64,000 bases of DNA from the human T2T-CHM13v2.0 reference genome, Homo sapiens. Positions within the stretch are counted from its first letter, which is position 1, and every line of letters begins with the position of its first letter. Shown in pieces: positions 42,960-58,655 of this stretch. The notes below the pieces were generated by a model, which saw only the letters and a list, made by a program, of their open reading frames with translations, did not search any database and was not told where the DNA came from. Both the position numbers and the translations under genes were made by a program. The stretch lies in the NCBI RefSeq assembly GCF_009914755.1, contig NC_060925.1. The stretch is one strand, 5' to 3'.

Positions 42960-44019
42960 TTAATTAACTTCTGAAAATGGAAAGTAAACCATAAATGAAC
43001 CTTTAGGATATAGATAAGGAACCGTTGTTCTCAACAGGACTTTACTCACCAATCTGATCATGAGGTTTGTTCAGAGGGCTGTTTAAAATGTGAAAAACAC
43101 ATGCTTTCCATCAGAGTGCAGAGCATCTTTAGTCTATGAAATAATAAATATTTAAAGCATTCTTTATATTTGGGCAGGGCTTGATGGGAAAGATGGTCAA
43201 ATGCTATCCCTGAGAACTTCAGTCACAGAAAGGTAAAAAAGACTCAGGCAATTATCCAACGAGTTCCTGGTTAAACTGGGAAGAGGGCTCAGCTCTCCAG
43301 TTCTGATCTGGTCAGCTGACATCTTATTTCTGAAATGCAAACTGGTAGAACTGAAAGAAATGTCTGTATATTGTACACACATCTGAGATAAAATGAACAA
43401 ATATACACCAAATTTCATTGTCTAGTCCCTTTATATCAGTATTTTTTTTTGAATCGTGGTGGGACAAAGTGCAAAAGATCTTGTGAGCATCATTTTAACA
43501 ATGGGCTAATGAGCGAGAGTTTTGCTGAACTTCCACTGGCAAACTGTAGAATTCCCTAGAAAACCACATGACAGGACTTAGTCATCCCGTGTTTCTATAT
43601 TCTCTTTGCCCTGGCAAAATTAGATTCCTCAAGTCAACTTGATGCACCAAACAGAACTTTAAAGACATAAGCATCTCTGCACTTTTTAAATGAAAAATGT
43701 TTTGAGGAAGGTGAAAGGAAAGAATCATTGACCTTGATCATTTCTGAGCCAAGATGTCTGATTCCCAGCAAAAGCTGTTCAAGTGAGAGGAAATGTATGA
43801 AGAAAAGGAAATACATACTTCCTAATTCTACTGTAAAGTTTGTCTCTAAGTATCATGTCCCTAACAGATAAATACACCTTTAATGAAATTTTTTAATTCA
43901 TTTTTTTTTCTAAAGAGACAGAAAAAAGATCTGCTTTATTTTTCCCGTTTAAAGCTTTCACCATTGGGACGAATTCAAACTTATATTCTTCTTAGGATTC
44001 AATTGGCAATGTCTGATAT

Positions 44020-44220
44020 GCTTTAGTTGACAAATCACTTCCATCTTTGTGATCTGTTTAATTCTCACAAAAACCTTTTAAGTTTGTTATCACCCTCTTT
44101 AACGGACGCAACAGCTAAAGTGCAAAGAAACTGAGTGATTAATTCATAGCCACTCGGTGGCATAAGCCAGATTCAAAGTTAGGTCCTCTTTCTCTAAATT
44201 CTACATACTTTCTTCTCCTC
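44020..44220 (-). mobile_element. MIR SINE
   Basis: tttaattctcacaaaaac...gttatcaccctctttaacggacgcaacagctaaagtgcaaaga...gccagattcaaagttaggtc. Confidence 0.65.
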
Positions 44221-46258
44221 TGCATTTGCCTCTCATGCTACTGTCTCTTTTACAGCCTTTGAATGCTTCACAAATATATCTCAGCCCCACTTCATCTCTG
44301 AGCACCAGCCCGAAAGCCTAAAATGAAAAAGCAAACATGTCAGAATTAGAGATTCAAGTAAATGTTGAGCGATAGCACCAATTATTGGCAGCCTGCCCAC
44401 ACCTTTGAAATGCGAGCGATTCTTCAGTCTACACCCATGCCTCAGATAGGGGCTCTCGGGAAACTGGTGACTCATTCCATAATGAGTCTGGACAAATAGA
44501 AAGGCCCAGGAGGCACTTGCATATAATAATCAGGAGATATTGACTTCTTTTGAGGTCAAGAGCAAGATTTATTAACCTAAGAGATAAATATTGACTGAAA
44601 TTTTGGATAGTTTTTCTTTTTCTTCTCAGAAACCTGGTAAATTACTCAGACTGCCACTCAGACACTTGGAAACAGAATTTTCCTCCAGTTTTATGTCCGT
44701 CTTTAGTTATAGACCTCCTAAGGGAGGAAAATCTTTGTACTATATTTTAGAGAGATATTTAAAATCCTGCTAATTATTGCTTCATTTTTATCTATTCTAA
44801 GACTCGCTGGCCAGAAGCCTTTTATTAAACAGTAACAGGTTTTCACGTCCTTGGGGCTTTTTTTCTATGGTCTTCAGTGTCTGGCTGTGAGTCCAAATTT
44901 CAATTCATCTCATGTGATAGCCTCTATTCTTTTCCTCTCTAGTTTTCTCTCATCCTTAAGAAATAGTTTGCCTCCCATGGAAACCCCTCCCAGGCCTTCA
45001 AATTGTGCAAGTGGGCCTTAGGAAAGTTGTGTTCCAAAAGCCCCTCATTGTGACACACTTATCACTAAGTCATAGCAAACCCTTTTTTCTTCTGATAAGT
45101 TACACACAGATGCCCCAGTCCAGAGGGTCTGTTCAAGTATCCAGGGGCCTCCCTGTCCCTTTGCCCTGTGGCTTGAAATGGTTTGAGTTTGTCTTCAGAT
45201 GTTGGTCAGATTTATTTTCTTCTTTTTCTTGACGACACGGAACAATCACCCAAGATAACCTGCTTTCTTTTCAGACCTTTTTCCTTGATATTTCTTTTCT
45301 TGGAGTCATCTCCTTTCAGTAAAGTTGAAGGTATATCCTCACATTATATTAAAAGCTTCAAAACTGTAAATCTGCGAGGCTTCAAGAATGTACTCTCTTC
45401 ATTTAAACGTACTCCTTTCTGATCAGAAAGATCAATACCTTCCACAGCATGTTTTTGCTAAGAATGAGTATGTTTAAGGCTCTTATCTCCTTGACTCGAA
45501 TAAATTACTAAAAGTACTCATTCTAGTTACTTTGAAATACCATAGAAACATTTGTGGCATTAACACAGTGTATTACAGCTTTTGAAGTTTTATTACTTTT
45601 CGGTTCTTTTTTATTATATATTTAAACTGTAATCCCCTTTCTTTTCTTGAGATGATTGTGTTTGCCAAAGACCTGTATGGAAGAAGTTTGCCTTTCTTTA
45701 GAAGCATTTTCCTCCCACAGACTCATTCCTTCTGAGGTTGTTATGAATTTTTAATCACAGAAGATGTTACTACTATTATTTTCTAATTCTGAGAGTCACC
45801 CCTATGCTTTGACACCACTGGAGCACCTGCAAGGCACCAAATCCAGCATGCTGCCTAGGTAGCAGGTGGGAGGTCTTGATAGAAATGCTTAATTGAGATT
45901 TGACCATGACCCACTTTCTAGTGATAAGCAATATTTGAGTATGTGACAACTATACAGTGTCCTAAGATAGGCTGTAGGTTGCTTTTAGCTGGTATTTGCA
46001 TAGCACTCCTTCTGGCTTTAATACATTACATTGTGCTTTTAGCCACCAAGGAAATGGGAGGGTACTGGCCATCAGCAGTGATGTGCTTAATATGTCGTGC
46101 ACAACTTGTGAATAGAGAATGACCCTGAGAATGAAAAGAGGCTGAATCTTAGGGATAAATTCACATAGGAATTTTTGCCTCAGAAATGAACTGGAGATAA
46201 TCAACAGCAAGAAAGTCCTTGAAATTCAAGAGATCTAAAGAAGCTGAAAATTAATCAG

Positions 46259-46277
46259 CTGCCACAAGGTGGCGAAA
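46259..46277 (+). promoter_or_regulatory. Candidate CTCF binding site
   Basis: ctGCCACAAGGTGGCGaaa matches the CTCF core CCAC(Y)AGRKGGCR with one mismatch and lies in non-repeat sequence. Confidence 0.6.
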
Positions 46278-47150
46278 TCACATTGATGTCCTTCTTACTG
46301 CTCTATTTCCTCATAGAAACCTTTTAATGTCAACTATCTGAGGACAAAGGTGTCATTTCTACATTTAAATAAAAACCACTTATCACCAAGATTTACAAAC
46401 CATTTCAGTGCATTCAGACAGCTTTCTGGGTATACTGGATAGTGTGTGAATAAGTAAGGTGACACTGCCAAATATAAAAAGCTAAAAGTACATTTTGTTT
46501 TCTCATAGCTACGTGTGAGAACCTGTGTTCTCCCCATATTTGATGTCCATTTGCTAAAGATTAAGAACAGAAAGAATTTAGGATATATTTTAGAGCATGT
46601 TGCAGAAATTCTGTGAAGTGCAGTTTGCTTTAGCTATAAGGTGGGTACATGAACAAAGATGCACATGCTTTTGTAAACATTTCAAGTGCCATCACAGAGA
46701 AAAAGGGCAGTGTCAGGATGCAGTGGCCCTGTATCCTGGGCTGCTGCTCACCAAAGCATGAACTCTGCTCTTATTGGTGTTTTCAAATCCCAACACATCC
46801 TTTTATATTTTTAGGGATTTTATTGAACACCAGCTGCCTCTTATTTTAACATATTTGATAACAATACTTCAAACTACTGTTGTGGTGATAAAATGAGTGA
46901 ATTCATATAAACATAGCTGCTACTAGCCAGAAGCACATTTGGAGATTAGACAAAGATGCCTCTCAGGGTGCACACCTCCCTTCTCTAGGAGACAGAACAT
47001 GGCAAGCAAAGCTTCCGCTAGATCTCAGCTCACGTGACCCTTTCCTGGCCATCCTGTTGCAGGGATCACTCTGTGCAATCGTATGTCCAGGGTCTGCATG
47101 TAAAGTACTTAAAATAATGCCTGGCACAAAGAAGATGAACCCTCTAAAAA

Positions 47151-47183
47151 TCATCATCATCTTCATCATCATCATCATCATCA
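47151..47183. repeat. (TCA)n microsatellite, probably the tail of a MIR fragment
   Basis: tcatcatcatcttcatcatcatcatcatcatca, preceded by a MIR-like 3' end (tgtaaagtacttaaaataatgcctggcaca). Confidence 0.85.
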
Positions 47184-49304
47184 CCAGCACATCCCTAGTG
47201 GCCTTGTCATTGTAGCCTTACTATGTCTAGTTTATTCTACAGGTGTGTGAGAAATATATCTATAGATATGGTAGCAGGGAGATACAATGCAGATTAAATA
47301 ACTTTATAAACAAATATGCTGACCTGATGGTGAAAAGCACAATAAAAAATTATGAGTCAGAGTGGTGTGAAATCAAGACCGTAAAAAAAATAGAGAAGGT
47401 GTAAAGGGTAAGACCTTTTTACAATGGTAGATCCCCAGCCAACCCCCATTGTAACCCTCCCTTCCACCCTATCCCTACCTAGCCCAAGGCTTACTACAAC
47501 TGGTACTAGGACTCAGCTACACATTTAAAGTAGGTCTTTTGCTTTATTTAGTGCTTTTTCAGACACCATTTCTGGGACCCAGTAGTACCACATGACTTCC
47601 TGGGTGATCACCTTTCTGCAGGGCCTCATGTCATCTCACCCAGACATCAATTTACAGTGACTACTGTACTCACTGGTAGATGGCCACCAGGTATCCCTGA
47701 CTGTCATTAGGAGTGCATAAAGGACGACGGGCAAGGAACCAGTTAACAGAACCAGGCTCTGACAAACCTCAGGGTCTCAAGGCACCTCTTTATCAAAAGA
47801 GCATCGCTATTTACTTTAACTGTGGCATTAGGAGCAGTGGCAACAGTTTGTGTCGGAGCGAGTATGTAATATAGGTAAGGTGTCTGACCAGGACTCTTTC
47901 AGTCTAAATGAAACAAATACTAACACAGGAGAAGTGAAGAATGTGACAGTTTTGCTCTTACAGTTTACATCTTCTTCAGAAGACCTTGGCACACTTTTCA
48001 GAAGGTGAATAAAGGGTATTCATGCCATGTCATAGGCCACTCAACACAGAACTTCCATTTTACTGATTTATTCCCAGAATGCAGTTGCTGACAAAATGCG
48101 CATTGATTATGAAAAATGAGGACTTCTAAAATATTGATAGAACTTTTTATGGGGGAGGGAATTAACTTAGAACTTAAAGCATGAATAATATGTTTTGATG
48201 ATATAGCAATTAAGTCAGTTTTATTGTTTTGGAACTGTTAATTTTCTACTCATTCAAGGGAAAAGGAGGCCTTTGTTTTCTGAAATAAAAATTTTCAACT
48301 GTCAGGTTTTGTACCACAGGCCACAAGCCCTTTTGACATCAGCTTTTCGTGAGGCGCTTTTGAAGTAAATGTGTTATTAGTACAAGAAAATCATGACTAT
48401 TGTAAACAAACAATAACTATTAGTTTTTCCTGCGTGTGTTTGACACATGGTTATGGAGCCATTGTAGCACTAAGCCACTTGAAAAGTCATTGATCCAAAG
48501 CACAGCATTTTCAGGGCAGCTCTTGTAAATTCTTCCATAACAGAGTCATATTGGGTAGTTTATGACAAGCTCTGAAGCAGTCGCTGGTGGTAACTGGAAA
48601 ACATACACAGGGCAAAAGCAGGAACATTCATATAGGGCCCAGCAGAAGTCAGAGCCCCATTCACAGGGACAGCTTGGGATTAATATGATGCTGTGCGGGG
48701 CAACCTCCCATAGGCATGCTGGGACCCTCATATCAGCCTAGGGAACAGCTGGGCATTATTAATATGATACTCACTTGCCTTCCCTGGATGGAATAGCAGC
48801 TTGGAGAAGTTGATGGGATTGTAAAACTGGAGTGGGAGAGTCCCAGGATCTCTACTCCAAATTTAACAGCAGATCTGATCATCTGTTTTACACATGGGGC
48901 TTCTGAGAAAGACTATTTAAAGAAAGGGCCTCACTACTTTTTTAAAAAGCAACTTTTTAAAAAAAAATTGCTCTGATAGAAAGGGTTAGTGTTGGGAAAC
49001 TGGAGAAAGGGAGATGAAGGAAGAATGAAACCAAGTTCAAACTAGAGGGTTGATTAATGCTGAGTCCTTTGGGCATCTTGCTGGAGAATAGGTGAGGGTG
49101 CGGGTGTGAAAGCCGCATCCTGGCAGCTTTGCTGCACCGCAGGATGAAATTAATTTAGATGATGAGGAACAGGAGTACAGAAACAAAGACAAAAATCTCT
49201 TTCTTGAATGGAACTTTTAATCTTAGATATAGCAAGATTAAAATGTGGATTATATATTTTATGTATTATTTTTTTCTTTGGTAGAGAAATTACTTTATTC
49301 CATT

Positions 49305-49794
49305 TGTTATGGTTAATTTTATGTGCCAAGGTAGCTAGGCTATGATGCCCAGCTGTTTGGCCAAATACTAGTCTAATGCTGTTCTGAAGGTATTTTTGTA
49401 AATGGGATTAACATTCACTACTGGTTGACATTCAGTGAAACATATTACCCTCCATAACGTAGGTGGGCTTCATCCAAGTTGTTGAAAGCCTTAAGAGCAA
49501 AAAACTGAGGTTTCCAGAAGAAATTCTCCCTCATACTATAATATAGAAGTCTTGCCTGAGATTACATCCTGCTGGCCTGCCCTACTGATTTTGCATTTAA
49601 GATTGAAGCATCAACTCTTATCTGAATTTCCAGCCCACGGGCCCACTCTACAAATTTCACATTTGTCAGTCCCATAATTGGGTGGACAAACTCCGTAGAA
49701 TAAGTCTCTTTCTCCGTACACACACAGACATACACATACAATATGTATATACATATAATTGCTTCTGTTTCTCCGGAGAATCCTGAATGACACA
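49305..49794 (+). mobile_element. MLT2B-type (ERVL) solo LTR
   Basis: tgttatggttaattttatgtg...accctccataacgtaggtgggcttcatcca...cttctgtttctccggagaatcctgaatgacaca. Confidence 0.85.
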
Positions 49795-49849
49795 CTAGTC
49801 ATCCCAGACAGGTTCTGATTACACTCAGCCTTGTACTAAAAGGGCATGA

Positions 49850-50090
49850 TGGCTTCAGGTACCACGTGGCCCAAGATTCAAACCCAGGCACTGCTGCTTA
49901 TTAGTGAGGTCCTGTGTAAGTTATTTAATCTCTTTAAGTCCCAATTTTCTCAACTATAAAATGGGAGTAATATTACTTATCTTCCTGGTATTTTTCTTTA
50001 TGAGAATTAAATGGGAAAATGCACACAAAAGTATACGGTACAAAACTTGGCATATAGTAGCTGATCAACAAGTAGCAAACAATGTGGATT
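49850..50090 (+). mobile_element. MIR SINE
   Basis: ttcaaacccaggcactgctgcttattag..gtaagttatttaatctctttaagtcccaattttctcaactataaaatgggagtaata. Confidence 0.8.
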
Positions 50091-50392
50091 ATCTATGTGT
50101 TGTACTGAAGAACGTTCATATTATTTTACCAGCTATTCGGGTCTGTGAATTCAATATTATCTGTTTCTGTTTCTAGACATAGTCAATTAAAAATAGCCTT
50201 TAGTGTATATACAATTTCTTAATATGAATTTCATGAAACACTAGTGCCATGAAATTATTGAAGACAAAAAAGGTCCCAGATTGAAATAGGAGTGGCAGTC
50301 TGCCTAGTGTAACACCCTCTGGGAGAGTCACATTTTACTTTAATATATTAAAGACTCAGAAATTCTGCAGTTTCATTTACTTTTGAATAATC

Positions 50393-50677
50393 TGATTATG
50401 GTAATCATTTGGCCTATTTACAAATATTCAATTTTCCTTTCCTCCATGAGGTGGTAAGTTTTACCTCCTCACTCTTTCAAATTAGATATGGTCATATGAC
50501 TTGCTTTAGGGAAAAAAAGTGAATGAAGTGACATGTGACATTTCCTGGTGGAACCACTAGATCCACTTCCCTTTTCCTGTCTTGGACATTGCAGAAGCAT
50601 AAGTTAGATGGATCTTCAGTCAGTCTGGGTTGCTGACTGACAATATTGAGCAGTGTTTCCTCTCTACTGATCTGTTT
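50393..50677 (+). mobile_element. MLT1 (H/I/J-like) LTR, 5' part, split by L1
   Basis: ggtcatatgacttgctttagg..aaagtgaatgaagtgacatgtgacatttcctggtggaa; continues at 57053 after the L1 TSD. Confidence 0.75.
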
Positions 50678-50922
50678 TGCTTTTTGTTTTTTTTTTTTAA
50701 GTCTTTTTTTCTTTTATTATTATACTTAAATTTTAGGGTACATGTGCACAATGTGCAGGTTAGTTACATATGTATACATGTGCAATGCTGGTGCGCTGCA
50801 TCCACTAACTTGTCATCTAGCATTAGGTATATCTCCCAATGCTATCCCTCCCCACTCCCCCCACCCCACAACAGTCCCCAGAGTGTGATATTCCCCTTCC
50901 TGTGTCCATGTGATCTCATTGT

Positions 50923-55073
<4,151 letters not shown>

Positions 55074-55121
55074 TTATTTTGCTCGTTAGTTGACGCAGTT
55101 TCTTCCTAGTCTCGATGGTCT

Positions 55122-56138
55122 TTACATTTTGGCATGATTCTGCAGCGGCTGGTACCGATTGTTCCTTTCCATGTTTAGCGCTTCCTTCAGGAGCTCTTTT
55201 AGGGCAGGCCTGGTGGTGACAAAATCTCTCAGCATTTGCTTGTCTGTAAAGTATTTTATTTCTCCTTCGCTTATGAAGCTTAGTTTGGCTGGATATGAAA
55301 TTCTGGGTTGAAAATTCTTTTCTTTAAGAATGTTGAATATTGGCCCCCACTCTCATCTGGCTTGTAGAGTTTCTGCTGAGAGATCCGCTGTTAGTCTGAT
55401 GGGCTTCCCTTTGAGGGTAACCCGACCTTTCTCTCTGGCTGCCCTTAACATTTTTTCCTTCATTTCAACTTTGGTGAATCTGACAAATATGTGTCTTGGA
55501 GTTGCTCTTCTCAAGGAGTATCTTTGTGGCGTTCTCTGTATTTCCTGAATCTGAACGTTGGCCTGCCTTGCTAGATTGGGGAAGTTCTCCTGGATAATAT
55601 CCTGCAGAGTGTTTTCCAACTTGGTTCCATTCTCCCCATCACTTTCAGGTACACCAATCAGACGTAGATTTGGTCTTTTCACATAGTCCCATATTTCTTG
55701 GAGGCTTTGCTCATTTCTTTTTATTCTTTTTTCTCTAAACTTCCCTTCTCACTTCATTTCATTCATTTCATCTTCCATCACTGATACCCTTTCTTCCAGT
55801 TGATCGCATCAGCTCCTGAGGCTTCTGCATTCTTCACATAGTTCTCAAGCCCTGGTTTTCAGCTCCATCAGCTCCTTTAAGCACTTCTCTTTATTGGTTA
55901 TTCTAGTTATATATTCTTCTAAATGTTTTTCAAAGTTTTCAACTTCTTTGCCTTTGGTTTGAATGTCCTCCCGTAGCTCAGAGTAATTTGATCGTCTGAA
56001 GCCTTCTTCTCTCAGCTCGTCAAAGTCATTCCCCGTCCAGCTTTGTTCCGTTGCTGGTGAGGAACTGTGTTCCTCTGGAGGATGAGAGGCGCTCTGCTTT
56101 TTAGAGTTTCCAGTTTTTCTGTTCCGTTTTTTCCCCAT
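55122..56138 (-). pseudogene. L1 ORF1 (1017 nt, in frame) with premature stops
   Basis: Starts MGKKRNRKTGNSK and ends ...AKM*. In-frame TGA stops at codons 98, 130 and 262. Confidence 0.93.
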
Positions 56139-56597
56139 CTTTGTGGTTTTATCTACTTTTGGTCTCTGATGATGGTGATGTACAGATGGGTTTTTGGTGT
56201 GGATGTCCTTTCTGTTTGTTAGTTTTCCTTCTAACAGACAGGACACTCAGCTGCAGGTCTGTTGAAATACACTGCCGTGTGAGGTGTCAGTGTGCCCCTG
56301 CTGGGGAGTGCCTCCCAGTTAGGCTGCTCGGGGGTCAGGGGTCAGGCACCCACTTGAGGAGGCAGTCTGCCCCTTCTCAGATCTCCAGCTGCATACTGGG
56401 AGAACCACTGCTCTCTTCAAAGCTGTCAGACAGGGAGGGACATTTAAGTCTGCAGAGGTTACTGCTGTCTTTTTGTTTGTCTGTGCCCTGCCCTCAGAGG
56501 TGGAGCCTACAGAGGCAGGCAGGCCTCCTTGAGCTGTGGTGGGCTCCATCCGGTTCGAGCTTCCCGGCTGCTTTGTTTACCTAAGCAAGCCTGGGCA

Positions 56598-56780
56598 ATG
56601 GCGGGCGCCCCTCCCCCAGCCTCGCTGCTGCCTTGCAGTTTGATCTCAGACTGCTGTGCTAGCAATCAGCGAGACTCCGTGGGCGTGGGACCCTCCGAGC
56701 CAGGTGCAGGATATAATCTCCTGGTGCGCTGTTTTTTAAGCCCGTCGGAAAAGCGCAGTATTCCGGTGGGAGTGACCTGA
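56598..56780 (+). pseudogene. L1 ORF0 (antisense 5'UTR ORF), truncated to 60 aa
   Basis: MAGAPPPASLLPCSLISDCCASNQRDSVGVGPSEPG...VGVT* matches primate ORF0. A CGA>TGA change removes the last 11 residues. Confidence 0.85.
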
Positions 56781-57028
56781 TTTTCCAGGTGCCGTCTGTC
56801 TCCCCTTTCTTTGACTAGGAAAGGGAACTCCCTGACCCCTTGCACTTCCCGAGTGAGGCAATGCCTCGCCCTGCTTCGGCTCACGCACGGTGCACGCACC
56901 CACTGACCTGCGCCCACTGTCTGGCACTCCCTAGTGAGATGAACCCAGTACCTCAGATGGAAATGCAGAAATCACCCGTCTTCTGCGTCACTCATGCTGG
57001 GAGCTGTAGACCGGAGCTGTTCCTATTT

Positions 57029-57038
57029 GGCCATCTTG
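57029..57038 (-). promoter_or_regulatory. YY1 site of the L1 sense promoter
   Basis: CAAGATGGCC on the minus strand at the L1 5' end. Confidence 0.8.
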
Positions 57039-57052
57039 ACCTTGACAAAAAT

Positions 57053-57238
57053 TACTGATCTGTTTCGATATGGTACTCATGATTGGGAAATCAATATTGT
57101 GTTATTGTATGCCAGATTTTGAGGCTGTTTGTTACTACAGCATAACTTAGCTTATTTTGTGTCACACAGGATTTTGAAAAGAAAAAAGTGAGGTGCTGGT
57201 ATAACAATACCCTAAAATACGTAGCACGAGTTCCATGG
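57053..57238 (+). mobile_element. MLT1 LTR 3' part plus start of MLT1 internal sequence
   Basis: gattttgaggctgtttgttactacagcataacttagc...acaca, then aagtgaggtgctggtataacaataccctaaaatacgtagca (MLT1-int start). Confidence 0.72.
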
Positions 57239-57787
57239 TATGATGGTTAATTTTGAGTGCCAACTTGATTGAGTTGAAGAATGCAAAATATTGCTCCAGG
57301 GTGTGTCTGTGAGGATGCTGCCAAAGGAGATTAACATTTGAGTCAGTGGACTGGGAGAGGCAGGTCCACCTTCAATCTTGGTGAGCACCATCTAATCAGC
57401 TGCCAGAGTGGCTAGGATAAAAGCAGGCAGAGGAACATGGAAGGACTAGACTGGCTAAGTCTTCTGGCCTCCATCTTTCTCCCATACTGGATGCTTCCTG
57501 CCCTCAAACATCAGACTTCAAGTCCTTCAGCTTTTGGACTCTTGAACTTACACCAATGATTTGCCAGGGGCTCTCAGGCCTTTGGCCACAGACTGAAGGA
57601 TGTACTGTCGGCTTCCCTACTTTTGAGGTTTTGGGACTGGGACTGGCTTCCTGACTCCTCCACTTGCAGAAGGCCTATTGTGGGACTTCACCTTGATATT
57701 GTGTGAGTCAATCCTCCTAACAAATTCCCTTTCATATATTCATCTATCCTGTTAGTTCTGTCCCTTTAGAGAACCCTGACTAATACA
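57239..57787 (+). mobile_element. MLT2A2 (HERV-L) solo LTR, 549 bp
   Basis: tatgatggttaattttgagtgccaacttgattgagttgaag...tagagaaccctgactaataca, with perfect TSD CATGG. Confidence 0.92.
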
Positions 57788-58099
57788 CATGGTTCGGTTG
57801 CAAATATTGAGGAAACTGTTAACAGAACCTGAAAGAATAGCAAAATGTTTTAAAACATAAAAATATACATGACCACAAAATCATTTTTCCTGGAATCTCT
57901 TTTAGTCAACATACTTTTGAAAACATTGTTTCAGAATGTTCCTTGCAGTGCTTTCCTTTCTCTTTGCATGTGAATTATTACCAAAATAAATCAGTAACTA
58001 AAAGTGCAATAAAATATTTTATGAATGGGAAATTATTATCTAACATTTCTTGCATAGGCTGTGCATTTTATACTCCCTTCTGTTTGCTCAAACTGCAAT

Positions 58100-58425
58100 G
58101 ATTTTTCTCCCTCTTCATCTACTTCATCCCATGTTATTCTTCAAAGTTTACTTAAAATAATACCTCCTCAATAAAGCCTTACCAGATTTAACTGCTTGTG
58201 ATTAATTGCTCAGTACCATTAATTTTGAATTTTAACTTATTTCTAGCATTTACTATCTTCTGCCTAATAGTATGATTAGTTTATATATATATATATATAT
58301 CTCATCCCTACCAGGTTACAATCTCCTTTAAACTTGGAACCATCTCATTGGATCTTAGTATCTTCTACAGGGTTTTGCACAGGATTTTTCATTTATATTA
58401 AACTCAATGATCGTTCTTGGAATAG
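58100..58425 (+). mobile_element. L2 3' fragment (contains a (TA)n run at ~58281-58300)
   Basis: ttcttcaaagtttacttaaaataatacctcctcaataaagcctt...ctaccaggttacaatctcctt. Confidence 0.55.
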
Positions 58426-58439
58426 CATTATGCTAACGA

Positions 58440-58655
58440 CTAATAATACAATTAATAATAATAACAATGACATAACTAAAAATTTTGAGCGCTTAGTAAT
58501 GTGCCAGAAACTATAACAGATGTATATGACTATTTCTTTTATTCTTAATATTATACCTATGTGGTGGTTACTGTTATCTCCATTTTATAGGCAAGAAAAC
58601 TGATGCTGAGAGAGGTTAAGAAACTTGGCCAAATTCACACAGCTGATAAGCAACT
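58440..58655 (-). mobile_element. MIR SINE
   Basis: ttgagcgcttagtaatgtgccag...tgttatctccattttataggcaagaaaactgatgctgagagaggttaagaaacttggccaaattcacacagctgataag. Confidence 0.85.

Noticed and set aside
46963-47190. ORF with a poly-Met tract
   Set aside because: Artefact of the (TCA)n microsatellite read on the minus strand.
48850-50390. Possible hAT-MITE remnants at ~48870-48975 and ~50220-50390
   Set aside because: Only a vague resemblance to MER/Charlie ends; I could not assign family or boundaries.
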